Part shown: in pieces, positions 28,378-32,000 of the stretch | Layout of the letters: every line of letters begins with the position of its first letter | How positions within the stretch are numbered: position 1 is the stretch's first letter | NCBI GenBank assembly: GCA_964551375.1 | Contig: CAZKBG010000001.1 | Coordinates: 390,001-422,000, forward strand | Source: an uncultured archaeon | GTDB taxonomy: Archaea; Iainarchaeota; Iainarchaeia; Iainarchaeales; JAAZKV01 | Direction of reading: 5' to 3' | DNA: 32,000 nt | Position numbers and translations under genes: made by a program | Notes under the pieces: model-generated | Told to the model about the DNA's origin: nothing | Seen by the model: only the letters and a program-made list of their open reading frames with translations | Database searches by the model: none

Positions 28378-29028
28378 TTATCCAACAATTGAAGCAAACA
28401 TGAATGCGATACTTGTTAAAACAAGCATTCCAAGCATTACAATCTGCGCCATATCAAGAGCCTTAAAGTTCATTAAAAACAATGCCAATACAACGATAAA
28501 CAATACTGCTCCGCAGGAAAGCATCACATAAGAAAAAAGCATTGATTTTTTTCTGAATTTATGAACCTTCATCTGCTCAACATCAAGCTCAAGCTGGGCA
28601 ATTCTTGCACCAAGAGAATCAAGCGCAACTTTAACAAGCGAAACAGTTTTCTGCGATTCAGTAATAACGCGGTTAACTCTTCCTTCAAAATCCTTTGACT
28701 CGTTGATAATATTTTCCCTCACATCCTTTAACTGAACAGAAGCAATTTCAGCAACCTGGGATTTTTCCTGCTGCTCAATTTTATGAATCTCGCTTTTTAT
28801 CAAATTATCAATATCGCTTCTCTGCGCGTCAACTTCAGCGCGCACAAGACTGCCGATTTCTTTTTTTAACAAAGTAAAAGTATCCGCTTCAGCAATCAAA
28901 AGAAGCCTTTTTGACTGGTCATCATCAACCCCAAGATCGCGAAGACTTGAAATAATCTTTTCACGAGGCTGGCCTTCCTGAACCATCTTCTGAATTACAT
29001 CAATAATTGATTGTTCCTGTTTAGCCAT
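28378..29028 (-). CDS. Coiled-coil protein with two C-terminal TM helices
   Basis: Long heptad-like region followed by MLFSYVMLSCGAVLFIVVLALFLMNF and MAQIVMLGMLVLTSIAFMFASI. Confidence 0.65.
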   Translation of the reverse strand: MAKQEQSIIDVIQKMVQEGQPREKIISSLRDLGVDDDQSKRLLLIAEADTFTLLKKEIGSLVRAEVDAQRSDIDNLIKSEIHKIEQQEKSQVAEIASVQLKDVRENIINESKDFEGRVNRVITESQKTVSLVKVALDSLGARIAQLELDVEQMKVHKFRKKSMLFSYVMLSCGAVLFIVVLALFLMNFKALDMAQIVMLGMLVLTSIAFMFASIVG

Positions 29029-29030
29029 AA

Positions 29031-29744
29031 TTACTGCCCCTCATATACACTAATAGTACCATTATAATCTTTTGTTCTTGAGCCGACTTTTAGCAAAAAG
29101 AAAATCGGCACTTCGCCAGTCACTCTTGGCGTCAAAGTAGAATATATTATTTTGCAATCGCCTTTCTTTAACGGAATTGAGCGCTCAAAAAAATTATCGC
29201 TAAAACCATTTGCCTTATCCACTTCAAGCCAAATAACCGCGGGCAAATCATTTGGAGAATTATTGCACAATTTTGCGGAATAAGTGTACTCTTCTCCTAC
29301 CGGAAGAGATTTTGGAAGATAAATTATTGGAATAACAGGATTAAGCAAATCATCAGTGAGAGGGAATCTTAGGTTAATCGGACGGTTGAACGGAGAAGTT
29401 ATTGAAACAAAATAATCCTTATCCCCTTCGTTAAGCGGAACCGCTGCAATAAAATCATAGGATTCATTTGCGTCAAGCTTTGAATTAAAATCAAAACCCC
29501 CTTTAAGCCAGTAAGTGTGCTCCTCTTTTCCGTGCCTTACAATAATTTTAATATTATCAACAGTGTGCGCGGAATAATTATGAAGATTCATAGTGATTTT
29601 GATATCATTTCCGCTAATCGCATAAGAAGGCCTTACCACTTCAATTGACTGGGAGAAAAACACTATGTACAAAAGTCCGAAAAACCCCAAAAGGAAAAGT
29701 ATGGTGAAAAACGGGTAAAATATTTTTCTTGAAACGAAGTTCAT
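29031..29744 (-). CDS. Membrane-anchored extracytoplasmic protein with Ig-like/CARDB-type domains
   Basis: N-terminal TM FYPFFTILFLLGFFGLLYIVFF. ISGNDIKITMNLHNYSAHTVDNIKIIV... and a second beta-rich half. Confidence 0.6.
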   Translation of the reverse strand: MNFVSRKIFYPFFTILFLLGFFGLLYIVFFSQSIEVVRPSYAISGNDIKITMNLHNYSAHTVDNIKIIVRHGKEEHTYWLKGGFDFNSKLDANESYDFIAAVPLNEGDKDYFVSITSPFNRPINLRFPLTDDLLNPVIPIIYLPKSLPVGEEYTYSAKLCNNSPNDLPAVIWLEVDKANGFSDNFFERSIPLKKGDCKIIYSTLTPRVTGEVPIFFLLKVGSRTKDYNGTISVYEGQ

Positions 29745-29806
29745 GAAATACTAAACAAAAAGAAGTATTTAATCTTGCCTAATGAGCCAACTATAAGGGC
29801 AAAAAA

Positions 29807-30484
29807 TCACATAAACTTCTTTATTTCAACGGATTCATCAAAAAACTGGGAAAGCTTCTGATACAACCCCTTGTTTGACGAAATGTAATACGCGCTCACG
29901 CTGTTCTTTCTAAGCAGTTTTGTGATTGAATTCATAAACTTCAGCACCACATCCTCGTTGTGATAAAGAGTAAGAGGCCACACCGAGTCAAAGATAAATG
30001 AAACCTTCTTTCCCTCTTTAAGAAACTGGACAATTTTTATCTGAAGCTGGGTTAAATTTCTCAAAGAATCAATAAACATTACTCCGTCAAAATCTTCTGC
30101 GTTTGAAATGCTTTTTGAAACGCAGTCAATTACAAAAAACTTCTGATAAACGCCTGATTCGCTCAAAATAGAAGCAACCCCTTTGTAATTTCCGTTAAAA
30201 AGAACCAGCACCGGAATTTCGCCGTTTTGAATGACAAGCTTTGAAAGCGCTGCAAAAAGATCCCTTGAATTTGTTACATCGCAGGAAAAAAGCGCCTGCC
30301 CTTTAAAAGAAGCCGGAAGCTTTGACTTAACTTCAGTCAAAATCTTTTCAGGACCCAAAAGAGAAGAAAATGCGTCAAATTTAGCGGACTGTTTTGAAAC
30401 TTCAGACGCGGTTGTCTCGCGATTTGATAAAATCGCCTCAAAAGCCTTTTTCTGCTCGTCAGTCAAAGTAAAAGATGATGCCAT
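29807..30484 (-). CDS. RecA/KaiC-like fold protein lacking an obvious Walker A (possible accessory of pilus/secretion ATPase)
   Basis: Alternating beta/alpha core ALFSCDVTNSRDLFAALSKLVIQNGEIPVLVLFNG...DFDGVMFIDSLRNLTQLQIKIVQFLKEGKKVSFIFDSV resembles KaiC-type Walker B region. No GxxxxGK[ST] present. Confidence 0.45.
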   Translation of the reverse strand: MASSFTLTDEQKKAFEAILSNRETTASEVSKQSAKFDAFSSLLGPEKILTEVKSKLPASFKGQALFSCDVTNSRDLFAALSKLVIQNGEIPVLVLFNGNYKGVASILSESGVYQKFFVIDCVSKSISNAEDFDGVMFIDSLRNLTQLQIKIVQFLKEGKKVSFIFDSVWPLTLYHNEDVVLKFMNSITKLLRKNSVSAYYISSNKGLYQKLSQFFDESVEIKKFM

Positions 30485-30612
30485 GCAAGAGAAATATGAC
30501 TTAACTTGTTAATAAATCTAAAGTAGCGAAAAAAGATGGATAAATTTAAAATAAACTGAAAAAATCAAAAAAAATCCAATAAATAACTCTGCAAAAACTC
30601 CATAAAGCCATC

Positions 30613-30620
30613 TTTATAAA
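30613..30620 (+). promoter_or_regulatory. TATA box (TTTATAAA) upstream of the pilus/secretion ATPase gene
   Basis: TTTATAAA 44 bp upstream of the ATG at 30664. Confidence 0.5.
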
Positions 30621-30663
30621 CAAGAAAGAAGTAATATTGATTGAAAAAAAAAGCGTGAACTTG

Positions 30664-32000
30664 ATGGGGTTATTCTCTGGAAAAAAAGAAGCCAAAGGCG
30701 GCCTTGGGGAGATAAAAAACCTGACAATGGGCGCAAATAAGGCTGATTCGGGCAATAAAAATGAGGAGAAGTTAGTGTCAAGCTCCGTGGATAATGATGT
30801 AAAACTATTTAAGGAACAGCAAAAAGCAGCAGAGAACCAGTCAATCGAACTTGATAAAGAAAAAACAAGCCTGTTTGAAGAAGCTAAAGCGCCAAGCGCG
30901 TTTGACAAACTGCGAAATCTTTCAAACACAGTAACTGAAATCCCTAAAACAAAAACAATCACCACTGAAAACTTTTCAAAACCCGTTGTAAGCCAGCCCG
31001 CTCCTGAAAAAGTGGTGCCGACGAATGTTGGATTTGAAATTAAAAGAGAAGGAAATGCTCCAAAAATAATAAAAGAAAAAAATATTGCCAGCGCGCTTGA
31101 AACCCAGAGCACAAAAACTGACGCTGGGGATAAAAAGGACGTTTTCTTTGACTGGATGAAACAACCCCCAATTGATGCTCCGCTTGCTGATGATTTTAAA
31201 GAACAAAAAGAAGCCCCTATTGTTAATGAAGAAATTAAAATCAGCGTTGATACGCAGCTAAAGACTCCTATTGACGAACTTTTCAATACGCTTGAACAAT
31301 ACCCTATGCTTGATACTGGAAGACTCGCAGAGCTTTCAGGATTATCCTCTGAAATGATAGAACAAATAGCAAAATTGTTTGAAGAAGACGGGGTAATTGA
31401 AATAGAATATCCTGCAAGCCTTACAAAAAAACCAATTTTGAGGCTGAAAAATCCGGTAACAAGCAAAATAAACAAAGTGCCGAATGGAAAAGTGCTTGAA
31501 GAGTATCTTCTTGAAGTGGATTATGTTCCTGCAAAAATAAAAATAATACTTGCAGCAGGAGAAGCAAGGCCGATTTATGCTGTTGAGCTTCCTTCAATTG
31601 GAAAATACACTCTGCGGTTTTTGCAGTTCATAAAAGATGAAGTAGCAGAAACAATGCCGATTGATCTTGAAGAAATTGTCGACCCTAAAAAATCAAGAAA
31701 ACTAAAAGAAAGATTCTTTAATGAATTAAACTCTCACATGACAAAATACTTCCCGACTTCCCCAAAAGAAATTATCAGCATGCTTTCAGGAGTACTACTT
31801 CATGACATGTACGGACTGGGAAATATTGAACTAATAATGGGAGACGACATGCTTGAAGAAGTAAGCATAAACTCTTCAAAAACACCAATCACTGTTTATC
31901 ACAGAGTACAAGGATGGCTAAAGACAAACCTGCAGCCTGGAACTGAAGAAGAAATCAATAACTTATCCTCGCAAATCGGAAGAAAAATCGGAAGGGAAAT
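30664..32000 (+). CDS. Type II/IV secretion or type IV pilus ATPase (GspE/TadA/FlaI superfamily), N-terminal part, truncated by the window edge
   Basis: Plus-strand frame open from ATG 30664 to 32000, not in the ORF track. MLSGVLLHDMYGLGNIELIMGDDMLEEVSINSSKTPITVYHRVQGWLKTNLQPGTEEEINNLSSQIGRKIGRE is the typical N1 domain. The opposite-strand 30546-31475 ORF is its shadow. Confidence 0.85.
   Translation, partial: MGLFSGKKEAKGGLGEIKNLTMGANKADSGNKNEEKLVSSSVDNDVKLFKEQQKAAENQSIELDKEKTSLFEEAKAPSAFDKLRNLSNTVTEIPKTKTITTENFSKPVVSQPAPEKVVPTNVGFEIKREGNAPKIIKEKNIASALETQSTKTDAGDKKDVFFDWMKQPPIDAPLADDFKEQKEAPIVNEEIKISVDTQLKTPIDELFNTLEQYPMLDTGRLAELSGLSSEMIEQIAKLFEEDGVIEIEYPASLTKKPILRLKNPVTSKINKVPNGKVLEEYLLEVDYVPAKIKIILAAGEARPIYAVELPSIGKYTLRFLQFIKDEVAETMPIDLEEIVDPKKSRKLKERFFNELNSHMTKYFPTSPKEIISMLSGVLLHDMYGLGNIELIMGDDMLEEVSINSSKTPITVYHRVQGWLKTNLQPGTEEEINNLSSQIGRKIGRE

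Noticed and set aside
30546-31475. 309 aa minus-strand ORF in the track
   Set aside because: Low-complexity Ser/Phe-rich translation antisense to a coherent + strand frame (30664-32000) encoding the pilus/secretion ATPase.
1-32000. CRISPR arrays, cas genes, transposases, rRNA genes
   Set aside because: No regularly spaced direct repeats and no recognisable Cas, transposase or rRNA sequence seen on either strand.

Overview
The window is an AT-rich archaeal chromosome segment. Markers are a group II chaperonin (thermosome), Alba, Sec61-beta, a HerA-like ATPase, archaeal TATA boxes and class III (QGxIEYL) signal peptides. The high density of small exported or anchored proteins suggests a DPANN-type genome, but this is inference. 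Content: one cut-off class III signal-peptide protein with GLUG-like repeats; a second pilin-like large protein; two Nudix-family proteins; tRNA-Leu(UAG); a surface-protein operon (6.5-11.8 kb); a wHTH regulator with helically phased palindromes over its promoter; alba; two related GATase-fold-like membrane proteins; Sec61-beta; tRNA-Ile with a genuine UAU anticodon directly upstream of ileS; an MscS-like TM protein; a bacterial-type guanylate kinase; thermosome. From 22.3 to 26.1 kb there are three paralogous membrane-anchored, phage-tail-fibre-like proteins with C-x-x-GQVLK repeats, one carrying a perfect 15-triplet collagen-like stretch, each with a different C-terminal head. Next come a protein with an acidic tail and two histone-fold-like units, a coiled-coil/TM protein, a RecA/KaiC-like protein without an obvious P-loop, and a cut-off pilus/secretion ATPase on the + strand that is missing from the ORF track. 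The strongest leads are the tail-fibre/collagen-like adhesin cassette, the doublet histone-fold protein, the tRNA-Ile(UAU)-ileS pair, the wHTH operator array and a GC-rich multi-hairpin intergenic region at 11.89-12.08 kb.
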